Below are positions 23,193-31,933 of a DNA stretch of 64,000 bases, piece after piece. Both the position numbers and the translations under genes were made by a program. Where the stretch lies: the NCBI GenBank assembly GCA_965223005.1, contig CBDCVK010000010.1:640001-704000 (forward strand). The letters run 5' to 3'. Position 1 is the stretch's first letter. The number at the start of each line of letters is the position of its first letter. The notes under the pieces were generated by a model. The model was not told the DNA's origin. It saw only the letters and a list, made by a program, of their open reading frames with translations, and did no database searches. The DNA comes from Terriglobia bacterium (GTDB lineage: Bacteria; Acidobacteriota; Terriglobia; JAJPHL01; JAPKYU01).

Positions 23193-23221
23193 AGCATAGA
23201 ACGCGCCCGGCTGGTTGTCAA
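23193..23221 (-). promoter_or_regulatory. Sigma70 promoter of the porin operon (near-leaderless)
   Basis: TTGACA-17 nt-TATGCT; ATG 9 nt after the -10 box, no SD. Confidence 0.75.
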
Positions 23222-23415
23222 CTAGCAGTTGCCAGACACCGGGAAAATTCTCGCAGCCCGCCCTTGCTTCTCGCCTCCTCCGTCCAGCCCCGGCTGCCCT
23301 GGCTAAAAGTTCAAGTCCACTCCGGCGACCAAGAGGTTGGCGAAATCCAGCAGTGAAGGAATGAGGTTCACGGAAGTGGGCAGTTGCAGTAAAACATCTT
23401 TATCGAATTTTGTTC

Positions 23416-23444
23416 TTGACAGCAAGGTGCCGCGAGTCTATACA
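23416..23444 (+). promoter_or_regulatory. Sigma70 promoter of a small transcript
   Basis: TTGACA-17 nt-TATACA with an AT-rich upstream tract. Confidence 0.7.
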
Positions 23445-23550
23445 GTGAGACTAATCTCGGGGAAGGCTCAACATGTTGAGCATTTCCCGCCGGCGGGAAA
23501 GAGACCCATTGGCTCACATTAGGGAGAACTAGCGAAGGAGGATGCGCAGA

Positions 23551-23604
23551 ATGAAGAAGACAGCAAAGAAGAAGGCGAAGAAAGCAAAGAAGAAACGCAA
23601 ATAA
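23551..23604 (+). CDS. 17-aa Lys-rich small protein MKKTAKKKAKKAKKKRK
   Basis: AAGGAGG at 23535-23541, ATG at 23551 (alternative in-frame ATG at 23542), TAA at 23602; lies between a promoter and a terminator. Confidence 0.65.
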   Translation: MKKTAKKKAKKAKKKRK

Positions 23605-23677
23605 CCCTGACTGCGAACGCAGCCTGCGCCTCGCCGGCGGCTTTTCGGAACCACCGTCGCAGGCGCTGCAATCAACC

Positions 23678-23709
23678 AAGAGGGGACCCGGACGCGGGTC
23701 CCCTTTTTC
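23678..23709 (+). terminator. Intrinsic terminator
   Basis: aggggacccg-gacg-cgggtcccct stem followed by a T tract. Confidence 0.85.
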
Positions 23710-23779
23710 ATTGCCGACTCTTTCTCATTCTCGTTGCTGAATAGCCGTACGGGTCACTTCTGCCGATCACTTCTGCCGA

Positions 23780-24406
23780 TCACTTTTGATCGACGAGAAG
23801 GCGTCGCTCCTCCACCACGACCTGGTCGATTCTAGCCGGCAAAGCAAACGGGCGATTGATCGCGGCCTTGGGATAGCGGGGCTGGATGAAATGGGTGACG
23901 AGCAACTCCAGCAGGGCACCGCGGAGGGCCAAGCTCCCGATGGAGACCTCCTCGAGATGGAACACCCCGGCGCCGTTCGAGGAAGTAAAACGGCCGCGCA
24001 TCGCGACCGGGTGCTGGCCACGCAGCAACGCGTCCAGCAAGGGATGGATGGGTCGGCGCGAGGCAGCTTTGAAGCGGTCGAAGTCCACCAGGGCGGTTGT
24101 CGAAGGACGCTCGGGGCGCAGCTGGAAACGCACCTGGGAGACTCCGGCCGGGATCTTCCTATCCATCCGGTATTTGAAATAAGAATTGATTTCCTCCTCC
24201 AGCAGAACTGTCACTACGCGAGAGTTGCGGGGGTTAGTTGCGTCAGCCTCGGCTCGGGCAGCCCAGTCGGTGATTCGCGCCAGCTTCTTCGCCATCTGTT
24301 CCGCAAGCGCTTCTGAGAGTTCCGGTTCGCTGGCCCGACGTTTGTCCGCCGGACCTCCTAGCAGAGCTAGCATTATCAGGGGCACTGCAAGAAGGAGCTT
24401 CATCAC
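23780..24406 (-). CDS. Exported hypothetical protein, possibly with a lipid-binding tubular fold
   Basis: Signal peptide, EEEINSYF, beta-rich C-terminus; downstream of the AsmA gene. Fold is a guess. Confidence 0.65.
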   Translation of the reverse strand: MMKLLLAVPLIMLALLGGPADKRRASEPELSEALAEQMAKKLARITDWAARAEADATNPRNSRVVTVLLEEEINSYFKYRMDRKIPAGVSQVRFQLRPERPSTTALVDFDRFKAASRRPIHPLLDALLRGQHPVAMRGRFTSSNGAGVFHLEEVSIGSLALRGALLELLVTHFIQPRYPKAAINRPFALPARIDQVVVEERRLLVDQK

Positions 24407-24506
24407 CAGAACAATAAGTTAGACGCAGGGGGAGGACAGCTCGGTGCCGCCGGCCGCAAAGGGTGGCCACCCGGCCGACCGGTCCCACGAGCGGAAAACG
24501 GCGGCG

Positions 24507-27047
24507 CTAATTGCCGCCCGCTGCCCTGCGGGCTACTTCCGGCCCGGGGAGCCGCGGCAGCTCCAGAGGACCTATCAGCCGGAAGGAACTGAGCGAAGTG
24601 CTGTCGAGAGGCAGAACCAGGATATCGGCCACATGGTCAAACCCCACCGTACCGCTGGCCTGGAAGGTCACCGAAGGCGCTTCCAGGATAAGCTTCCGCA
24701 AGCGCACCCGACGCTGTTCGACTGCCAGATCGGCGCTGAAGGAAATGAGGCGGCTGATGCCTCTGGAAATGAGAGGCTGACCCGTGGCGGCAGCCTCCAG
24801 GTCCACATTGCGCAAGTCGAGATCGCGGCCCTCCAACTGCACCCCGATGTTCAAGTTGTTCAGCAGGTCGGACGCTTCCCAGCCCGAGGTGAGGAGCCGC
24901 AGGGAGCCTGAAGCCCGGCCGGCTGCAAGGCCTTCCAGGCGAGGAGACAAGGCAGCTAGTGTGGCCAGGTCCACACCTTGAACGAGCCCGTTCACCTGAT
25001 AGCGCGGGCCGCGCGCTTGGAAATCGAGCCGTGAGCTGCCGGTCCAAGTGCCCCCAGCGAAAGCGCCACGGGCTTGTTCCAATCGCAGGCTCCTGCCCGT
25101 CAGGCGGAAAGCTGTCTCGATCGCCTTCACCTCGAGCCTCGGCAAGCGCAGGCGTCCGACCCTGAGCCGCCCTTTGGCACGAAAAGGGGACGCAGCAGGA
25201 GTCCGCGCAGCCAATGGCGAGGAACCAGCCTCCATCCCGGCCTGCCTACGTGCGGCCAACAGTGCCGGACGCGCGCGGCGAAGCGCCGGCCGCAGGATCT
25301 CGGCAAGCGCTGCGCTGTCCCATTCGTTTACCTTCAAATCCGCCCAATACACCGGCGACGGACGTAAGGGAACGCGCACGCTGCCGGTGATCGTAGCGCC
25401 AGCCCAGGTAGCCACTAGGCGGCTTACACGGACTTGATCGCTCCCAAAGTCCAGCCTGGCGGTGTGCAAGAGAACTGGCGTGGACAGGCCGGGAGGTACC
25501 CACCGGGCGCGCGCCAGTTGTCCCCATCCGGAAACGCTCGGTGCGGCGTCGCGCGCGATTTGCCCGCGCAATTTCAGGGCCAGGTAGCCTTGTCGATGGA
25601 GGGAGGGTCGAGGCAGGGAGGTCGGAGCCGGCCGCAGATCGGCTCCGGCTGCCTGCAAGAGGCTGGAAACCGCCCCCAGTGGGAGGCCGCGCCCGGCAAC
25701 GGAAAACTCGCCTTTCCCGGTCCGCCAGTTCCAGGTCGCTCCCAGATTCAAGTTCCGGCCACGCTCCACTTCCACGGCAGTCGGGGCGAGGCTGACTGTG
25801 GAACCGCTCAGGTTCAGCCGTGTCTGTGCTGCCCGCAGCTGCGGCAGTCCGCTGTCCTCGAACTCCAGTTCGCGGCCGATGACGAAACCCTGAACTTGGA
25901 GCGGCGGACCCTCAAGGAACAACTCCCCATCCAGAATCCCACCCAGTTTCAGGGTGCGGGAGAGCCGCGGCGAAAAGTGCTGCACGGCTCGCACTGCGTT
26001 CCCTGCGCCCGAGTCGGAGAAGCGCAGGTGCCATTTCCATTCGGGGTGATCCAGCAAGCGGACCACCGAGCCGCTCCCCTCCAGGCTTCCTCTGCCTAAA
26101 GCAGCCTCCAACTTTTCGACCTCGAGCCGGCCCGCCGGCCCGTTGAGCAGGGCCTCGTAGCGCAGCTCCACAGAAGAACCGCGTTCCGGAGGCAGCATGT
26201 CCCAGCGGTGTAGGTCGCGCAGGCGCAGTGTCCCGTTGGCTTGTAGCGCCTCGGGGTGCCCTCGCAGCCCGGCCTGTATCTCCAGCACACCGTGGATACC
26301 ATGGTCGGTGCCGGAGGCCAACACGAGCAAGTCGGCAAGGTAAGCGTCGGTCAGATCTACTTGCAGTTGCAGGTCGGAGCCGGTGCCAGGGACACCGGAT
26401 GGTGCAGGCGCAAACGAGCCTTCCACCCGCAAACGCCCGACGTCGGTCAGCGTGCGGTCCGTGCGCGCCGGGGAGCAGGTAAACCGCAGATGCCAGCGAG
26501 CGGGGGCGCTGCCGCCGTCCGCGGGTGGGGTCGAATAAAGCGCCGCATCCACCCCGGAAAGGAAGAAAACGCTTTTCGTGTTACCAGACTTGAAGTTGAT
26601 CCTGGCATCCTGCAGTTCGACGTAGGCGGGAGCGTTGGGGTGGAGCGAGGTGACGGCGGCGCGGCTCATCAGCGGCTCGGCATTCCAGTGGCCATCAGCA
26701 TTGCGGGCCAGGTTCAGGCTCGGCCGCACGAAGATCAACGAAGAAAAGCTCAACCGCCCAGTCCACAGCGAGCGCAGGCGCAGGGTGGCGCGCAGGGTAG
26801 GCATGCGGGCAAAGGGTTCAATGCCGAATGCCGGGTCGTCGGCCACGCTGACGTTCTCAAGATCAAAGCCCGGGCCACCGAACAGTTTCAATCGCACGTG
26901 GCCGGCCTGAACCGGGCGTCCCAGGCCGGCTGCCAGCGCACTGACAATATGGCCGCGGAAGCGGTTGACATTCACCAGGGAAGGCAACAGGAACGCGACG
27001 GCCAGAGTGGCCGCAGCGGCAGTCAAAATGGTGCGCTTGCGCGGCAA
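24507..27047 (-). CDS. AsmA-family protein
   Basis: N-terminal TM, NVNRFR..I...L...LGRPV, PSLNLARNADGHWN, repeated beta-groove segments. Confidence 0.85.
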   Translation of the reverse strand: MPRKRTILTAAAATLAVAFLLPSLVNVNRFRGHIVSALAAGLGRPVQAGHVRLKLFGGPGFDLENVSVADDPAFGIEPFARMPTLRATLRLRSLWTGRLSFSSLIFVRPSLNLARNADGHWNAEPLMSRAAVTSLHPNAPAYVELQDARINFKSGNTKSVFFLSGVDAALYSTPPADGGSAPARWHLRFTCSPARTDRTLTDVGRLRVEGSFAPAPSGVPGTGSDLQLQVDLTDAYLADLLVLASGTDHGIHGVLEIQAGLRGHPEALQANGTLRLRDLHRWDMLPPERGSSVELRYEALLNGPAGRLEVEKLEAALGRGSLEGSGSVVRLLDHPEWKWHLRFSDSGAGNAVRAVQHFSPRLSRTLKLGGILDGELFLEGPPLQVQGFVIGRELEFEDSGLPQLRAAQTRLNLSGSTVSLAPTAVEVERGRNLNLGATWNWRTGKGEFSVAGRGLPLGAVSSLLQAAGADLRPAPTSLPRPSLHRQGYLALKLRGQIARDAAPSVSGWGQLARARWVPPGLSTPVLLHTARLDFGSDQVRVSRLVATWAGATITGSVRVPLRPSPVYWADLKVNEWDSAALAEILRPALRRARPALLAARRQAGMEAGSSPLAARTPAASPFRAKGRLRVGRLRLPRLEVKAIETAFRLTGRSLRLEQARGAFAGGTWTGSSRLDFQARGPRYQVNGLVQGVDLATLAALSPRLEGLAAGRASGSLRLLTSGWEASDLLNNLNIGVQLEGRDLDLRNVDLEAAATGQPLISRGISRLISFSADLAVEQRRVRLRKLILEAPSVTFQASGTVGFDHVADILVLPLDSTSLSSFRLIGPLELPRLPGPEVARRAAGGN

Positions 27048-27108
27048 GGACGATTCCAGCTAGTTGTCTTCAAGCGGCATCGAATCTCTTAAGGTTACCA
27101 GGAATCTT

Positions 27109-27909
27109 TTAGTTGGGGCGAATCAGCAAGAACATCCGCCCCCAACGGGTCTTGAACGGGAACTGCACGACGGTTTTCAAGATGCCCACGCCGCGTTCCC
27201 AAAGCGAACGGTGACGGTAGTCGGCGCTGCTGCTCTCCAGCGACCAGTAAATCAATAGAGGCTTGCCCAGGATATTTCGCCGCGGGACAAAGCCCCAGTA
27301 GCGGCTGTCGGAGCTGGAGTCCCGGTTGTCCCCCATGACGAAGTAGTGGCCTGGCGGAACTACCAGCCAGCCATCTTGGACGTACTGGCGAAACTCCTCG
27401 GCCCACGCATAAACCGAGCGCGGCATCGAATCGGGGAAATTGTCGCGGTACAGATCCACGCTGCCCGCCTTGTGCACCTTGTAGCCTTCGTCGGCCAGAT
27501 GGCCATTGATGTACAGCTGCTGGTTGACCATCCGCAGCCGGTCGCCCGGAACTCCGACGACGCGCTTGACAAAATGCGTGCTTGGGTCCACCGGGTATTT
27601 GAAGACGACAATGTCTCGGCGCCGGACCTCCTGGTAGGGAAGCAGCGCCCCCAGCCAGCGGCCGGGCGGCGCATAGGCCAGCTTGTCCACCATCAGGTGG
27701 TCGCCGATCAGCAACGTATCTTCCATCGAGCTGGAGGGAATCTTGAAGGCCTGGATGGCGAACGTGGTTCCATACAGAGCCAGGATCACAGTCACCACAA
27801 TGGATTCGAAATATTCGCGGAAGGTGGACTTTCGACCCGCGTCACTGGGCGCCAGCGAAGTCTCTGCGGTCTTCTCGGCCTTCATCGCGTTGGCTTCGGT
27901 CACCGCCAT
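27109..27909 (-). CDS. lepB: Signal peptidase I
   Basis: IPSSSMEDTL, FVKRVVGVPGD, YFVMGDNRDSSSDSRYWGFVP. Confidence 0.96.
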   Translation of the reverse strand: MAVTEANAMKAEKTAETSLAPSDAGRKSTFREYFESIVVTVILALYGTTFAIQAFKIPSSSMEDTLLIGDHLMVDKLAYAPPGRWLGALLPYQEVRRRDIVVFKYPVDPSTHFVKRVVGVPGDRLRMVNQQLYINGHLADEGYKVHKAGSVDLYRDNFPDSMPRSVYAWAEEFRQYVQDGWLVVPPGHYFVMGDNRDSSSDSRYWGFVPRRNILGKPLLIYWSLESSSADYRHRSLWERGVGILKTVVQFPFKTRWGRMFLLIRPN

Positions 27910-27920
27910 GTCAACCTGCG

Positions 27921-28652
27921 TTAGCCTGCTGCAGCCGGCGAGGAGGCAAGCTGTCCGGTGCGTTGCTGGAAGTGGAGCAGGGCGGCGCGGGCCGCTTCCT
28001 GCTCGGCGGCCTTCTTGGTTGCCCCCTCGGCCTGGGAGACAAATTCCTTGCCGATCCGGACCTCGACGGTAAAGGTCTTGCGGTGCTCCGGGCCACGCTC
28101 ACCGACGACGACGTAGCGCGGCTGCGGCAGGTGCGCTGCTTGCAGGTATTCCTGGAGCGTCGACTTGAAGTCGCTCAGGGGAAACTGTTCAATTCCACGT
28201 TCCAGCCAGTGGCTCAGCACCAAGCGGCGGACCAGCTCGCGCGTCTTCTCCAGCCCAGCATCCAGGTAGAGGGCGGCAATCAGCGCTTCCAGCCCGTCCA
28301 CTAGCAGCGCCCGCTTGTGACGCCCGCCGCTCTTCTCCTCACCCCGCCCCAGTTGCAGAAACGCGCCCAAGTGCAACTGGCTGGCGATGGCAAACAGGTG
28401 CGAAGCGCTCACCAGGTGCGCTCTCATCTTTGACAGCTGACCTTCCGAGTAGTCCGGGAAGCGCTCCACCAGTTCTCGGCTGACCAGAAATCCCAAAATC
28501 GCATCTCCGAGGAACTCCAACTGCTCGTTGTGACAGTCGGCGCTCTCACTGCGCTCGTGGCTGTGGGAGCTGTGGGTTAGAGCCCGCAGCAGCAGGTCCC
28601 GCCGGGCAAACGTGTGCCCGATTGCCTTTTCCAATTCGCTCAGATCGTCCAC
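27921..28652 (-). CDS. rnc: Ribonuclease III
   Basis: ALTHSS, NEQLEFLGDAIL, C-terminal dsRBD (DFKSTLQEYLQ...KKAAEQEAA). Confidence 0.96.
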   Translation of the reverse strand: MDDLSELEKAIGHTFARRDLLLRALTHSSHSHERSESADCHNEQLEFLGDAILGFLVSRELVERFPDYSEGQLSKMRAHLVSASHLFAIASQLHLGAFLQLGRGEEKSGGRHKRALLVDGLEALIAALYLDAGLEKTRELVRRLVLSHWLERGIEQFPLSDFKSTLQEYLQAAHLPQPRYVVVGERGPEHRKTFTVEVRIGKEFVSQAEGATKKAAEQEAARAALLHFQQRTGQLASSPAAAG

Positions 28653-28841
28653 GTGGGTTTCGCTTGCGGATCTACTCGGCCATTCCCAATGGAAGCGTCC
28701 ACCGATCCGGGTGCATGGCGCCGCTGGTGCATGGCGCGAGGTGGATGTGTCGGCGAGGAGGACTCCTTCTACTCCACCCTTCGCACTCCCCCGTTCCTGG
28801 ATCCGCGTCGGCTATTGCCGGATGCCGGCGGGCAGGCCGCT

Positions 28842-29678
28842 CTACTGCTTCTTCAGGGACTCTTCGATCCGCTGCAACTCCTCGGCCGCATAGTCACGCA
28901 TGCCCACCCTGACGCCTCCGGCATCCACCGACTGTTTCAACGTGTCGCGGGCCAGCTCGTATTTCTTCATGATCCGGTACGTCAGCCCGAGGCGCCAAAG
29001 CACAATGGGGTCTTTCTCGACCTGGAGCTCGACGGTTTTCTTGAAGAAGTCCGCAGCCGCCTCATACCGCCCGCGCTTCATGGCCACATGGCCGAGGGCA
29101 TCGTAACTCCGGGCGCGCATGTCGTTGACCGTTCGCTCCCATACGGTGTCTAACATTTCCGGATCAGGTTTCTCCATCTTTTCGATGGCCGACAGGGCGC
29201 GCTTGGCGTAGTCCTCGGCCTGCTTCAGCTTCTCTTCCCGGTCCAGATCGGTATTCTTTGTCCGTTCCGGGATAAACAGAGCCAGCCACAGCAAGGTCTG
29301 GACGTTTTCCGGATCCATCGCGAGCGACTTCTCACCGAACTCACGCATCTTGGAAAAGTCGCCTTTTTGCCGGTAGCCTTGCATCGCTTTGGCGTAGGCG
29401 AGACTTTTCAGCTCGCTGTCCGGAAACGTTTGCACAAATTCCTCGGCCAGAGAGATCATCTGGTCGGGTGTCAGAGAGGCATCGATGAGGTTCCGGTATG
29501 CCTCTAACTCCTCCTCGGTTTGGGCCCTGGGCCCCTTCGGGGCGCTTGGCGCTTGCTGGTCGGGCTGGTCGGGCTGGCCGGTGTCTGGGGTCTGCTGCGG
29601 CTCCTGCGCCGAGGCCAGGACGATGAGCAGACCAACCACCAGTACGAGGGCCGCCGTTCTCATTTTCATCCTTCGCAT
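28842..29678 (-). CDS. Exported TPR protein
   Basis: Signal peptide, acidic Gln/Pro linker, TPR-like helices. Confidence 0.8.
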   Translation of the reverse strand: MRRMKMRTAALVLVVGLLIVLASAQEPQQTPDTGQPDQPDQQAPSAPKGPRAQTEEELEAYRNLIDASLTPDQMISLAEEFVQTFPDSELKSLAYAKAMQGYRQKGDFSKMREFGEKSLAMDPENVQTLLWLALFIPERTKNTDLDREEKLKQAEDYAKRALSAIEKMEKPDPEMLDTVWERTVNDMRARSYDALGHVAMKRGRYEAAADFFKKTVELQVEKDPIVLWRLGLTYRIMKKYELARDTLKQSVDAGGVRVGMRDYAAEELQRIEESLKKQ

Positions 29679-29706
29679 GGGGTGTTGTTCTCCTTCCACG
29701 CTGTGG

Positions 29707-31311
29707 TTAGCACGATCCGTTCTTCTTCCCGCTGTCCCCGCCTTGTTCGCGCAATGTGTCCCGGCGGAACGGGGCCTCGAGGCCGAGTTCGGCTGCCCGA
29801 CGGGTCGCCGCCTCCGCGTCCTGAGTCTCCAGCGCTTGCCGGTAGTGTTCGACTGCGAGCTCGCGCTCTTGCTTCATATCATAAATGCGTCCCAGGTAGA
29901 TATGCGACCAGGCCAGCAGGTGGGGGTCTTTGCTGACCTCCAGGGTGCGCTCGAAGTAGCTCCTGGCCAGTTCCGGTTGCCTTTCCTGGGTAGCCACCAG
30001 GGCCAGGCCATAGAGGGCTCGTGCTTGCAACGTGCCGTTCTTCTCCAGCGCGGCTCGAAATAGTCGGCGAGCCTGAGCGAAATCCAGGCGGGCCATTGCA
30101 TCGTCTGCCTGGGCCAACACCGTTTCTTCCTTCGACGCGTTGGAAGTGGAGCCGGTTGCGCCCGCCACCGGCCCCGCCACCGGCAAAGAGGGCAGCCTCA
30201 GGTGCCCTAGATCATCGGCTTCTGTGGCCTCCCGAAACTGGACCCCGGCGAGCCGCTTTCGCTCGTGTCCTACGTCCAGCTTCTCCAGCATCTCCGGATA
30301 GTAGATCCGGATTCCGGCCTCCTGCTGTTCAAACTTCTCCAGCGCCTCGTAGAAATAGGGTGCCAGAAAATGCCCTTCTTCCAGGATCCCGCGCAGCCGC
30401 TGTTGCTTGGCGGCCGGGGTGTCTTGGGCCAGCCGCAGCTCCAGCGCGCGGATGAGCGATTCGGAGAGCAACAGCCGGAAATCCTTGCGCAATGCGGGTT
30501 GCAGCCCGTGCGCGGCTTCGGCAAACCATTTCAAGTCCGATTTCTTGCGCACCAAGCGCCTGTGCTTGAGGGCCAGCGGCTCCAGCAGATAGTGCAGCAA
30601 ACCGTGGCGAATCTCCTTCAGTTTCAGCTCGGAGGCGGTGCTGACCACGACGTAGTAATCGCGCCCGAATCCCCTCGCGTTCGCCTGCCCAGGGGCTCCC
30701 AGCAGGTCGACGTGAACCCAGAAGTTACGCCCCAGGAAACCTGAGGATGCAACTCGCAGGTAGCCGTTCAACTCCAGCATCAGGTATCCCAAACCTTCGT
30801 TGTATCGATCCAGCTCCTGCTCGTAGGCGGGGCGGTGTTCCTCCCACAGCGCCTCCAGGTTGGCCTCCTGGTAGAAGGCAGCCAGCAGAGGCCGCAGGTC
30901 GCGCAGCGCGGAAACCTCAGGCGGCAACTCCGGTTCTTGCACCCGGAAGGAGAAGTCCGGCGGGCCGCCGATCAACAGCGCGAAGGAGATAAACTGGCTC
31001 AGGTCGCGGGAGGAATCCGGCCGGCGGTGAGCCGCGTAGAAGGCGCGCAAGGCTTCCAGGCTGGGCGGTTTCGCCGCCGCGACCTGCTGGCGAACCAGCC
31101 GACGCACGGGGCTGGCGTGCGGCGAATCCACACCCGCCTCATAGCCGGCCGCATTGACGGCGGCCATCACCACGAACAAGGGCAGGTTGCTGTCGACCGA
31201 CGCTGGATGTTGCGCCAGCAACGGCAGGCTAGCGAGAAAGCACGCCGAGGCCACGAGGGTTGCCGTAGCGCGCTTCTGCCACAGAACGGCATCCCCGGAA
31301 AACCACATCAA
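29707..31311 (-). CDS. Exported protein with helical N-terminal domain and C-terminal TPRs
   Basis: Signal peptide; HGLLHYLLE segment; TPRs (ALYGLALVA, SHIYLGRIYD). Confidence 0.8.
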   Translation of the reverse strand: MMWFSGDAVLWQKRATATLVASACFLASLPLLAQHPASVDSNLPLFVVMAAVNAAGYEAGVDSPHASPVRRLVRQQVAAAKPPSLEALRAFYAAHRRPDSSRDLSQFISFALLIGGPPDFSFRVQEPELPPEVSALRDLRPLLAAFYQEANLEALWEEHRPAYEQELDRYNEGLGYLMLELNGYLRVASSGFLGRNFWVHVDLLGAPGQANARGFGRDYYVVVSTASELKLKEIRHGLLHYLLEPLALKHRRLVRKKSDLKWFAEAAHGLQPALRKDFRLLLSESLIRALELRLAQDTPAAKQQRLRGILEEGHFLAPYFYEALEKFEQQEAGIRIYYPEMLEKLDVGHERKRLAGVQFREATEADDLGHLRLPSLPVAGPVAGATGSTSNASKEETVLAQADDAMARLDFAQARRLFRAALEKNGTLQARALYGLALVATQERQPELARSYFERTLEVSKDPHLLAWSHIYLGRIYDMKQERELAVEHYRQALETQDAEAATRRAAELGLEAPFRRDTLREQGGDSGKKNGSC

Positions 31312-31407
31312 TTGAGTTTATTGCGCCTCGCCCATCCCCGTCAATCTCAGGGTCTCCAGAGCGAAACAGTGAGAGGACGTTGACGGGGCTACGCGGCGCC
31401 CCCTAGA

Positions 31408-31905
31408 ATGCGGGAGATGGCCAAACACACGCGGGCCGTGTACCCAGGGTCATTCGACCCGCTCACCAACGGCCACCTGGATCTGATCGAGCGCAGCATT
31501 GAGATTTTCGATGAGCTGATCATTGGGGTACTCCGCAATCCAGACAAGCACCCCCTGTTCTCGCTGGAAGAGCGGATGGAGATGCTGCGGGAAGTGACCG
31601 TACCGCTGGGCCGGGTCCGCGTGGAGGCGTTTGACGGACTTCTGGTACAATACGCCGCCCGCTCCGAGGCCAACGTCATTCTGCGGGGCATCCGGGCCAT
31701 CTCCGACTACGAGTACGAGCTGCAGATGGCTCTGATGAATCGTAAGCTGGACCCTCGAGTGGAAACCGTGTTTATGATGCCGGCCGAAACCTACAGCTAC
31801 ATTAGTTCGCGGCTGGTCAAGGAGGTGCACCTGCTGGGCGGCGACATCAAGGACCTGGTGCCGCCCATCGTGGTGGAACGGCTGAAGGCCAAGGTTCCAG
31901 TCTGA
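31408..31905 (+). CDS. coaD: Pantetheine-phosphate adenylyltransferase
   Basis: AVYPGSFDPLTNGHLD, RGIRAISDYEYE, ISSRLVKE. Confidence 0.97.
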   Translation: MREMAKHTRAVYPGSFDPLTNGHLDLIERSIEIFDELIIGVLRNPDKHPLFSLEERMEMLREVTVPLGRVRVEAFDGLLVQYAARSEANVILRGIRAISDYEYELQMALMNRKLDPRVETVFMMPAETYSYISSRLVKEVHLLGGDIKDLVPPIVVERLKAKVPV

Positions 31906-31933
31906 CTCTGGCACCGGTTGAACTGAGCGACCT

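Noticed and set aside
23450-23709. tRNA, SRP RNA, tmRNA or lysine attenuator identity for the small transcript
   Set aside because: No cloverleaf or TTC loop, no SRP helix-8 motif, no tag-like ORF, and no co-oriented downstream gene to attenuate.
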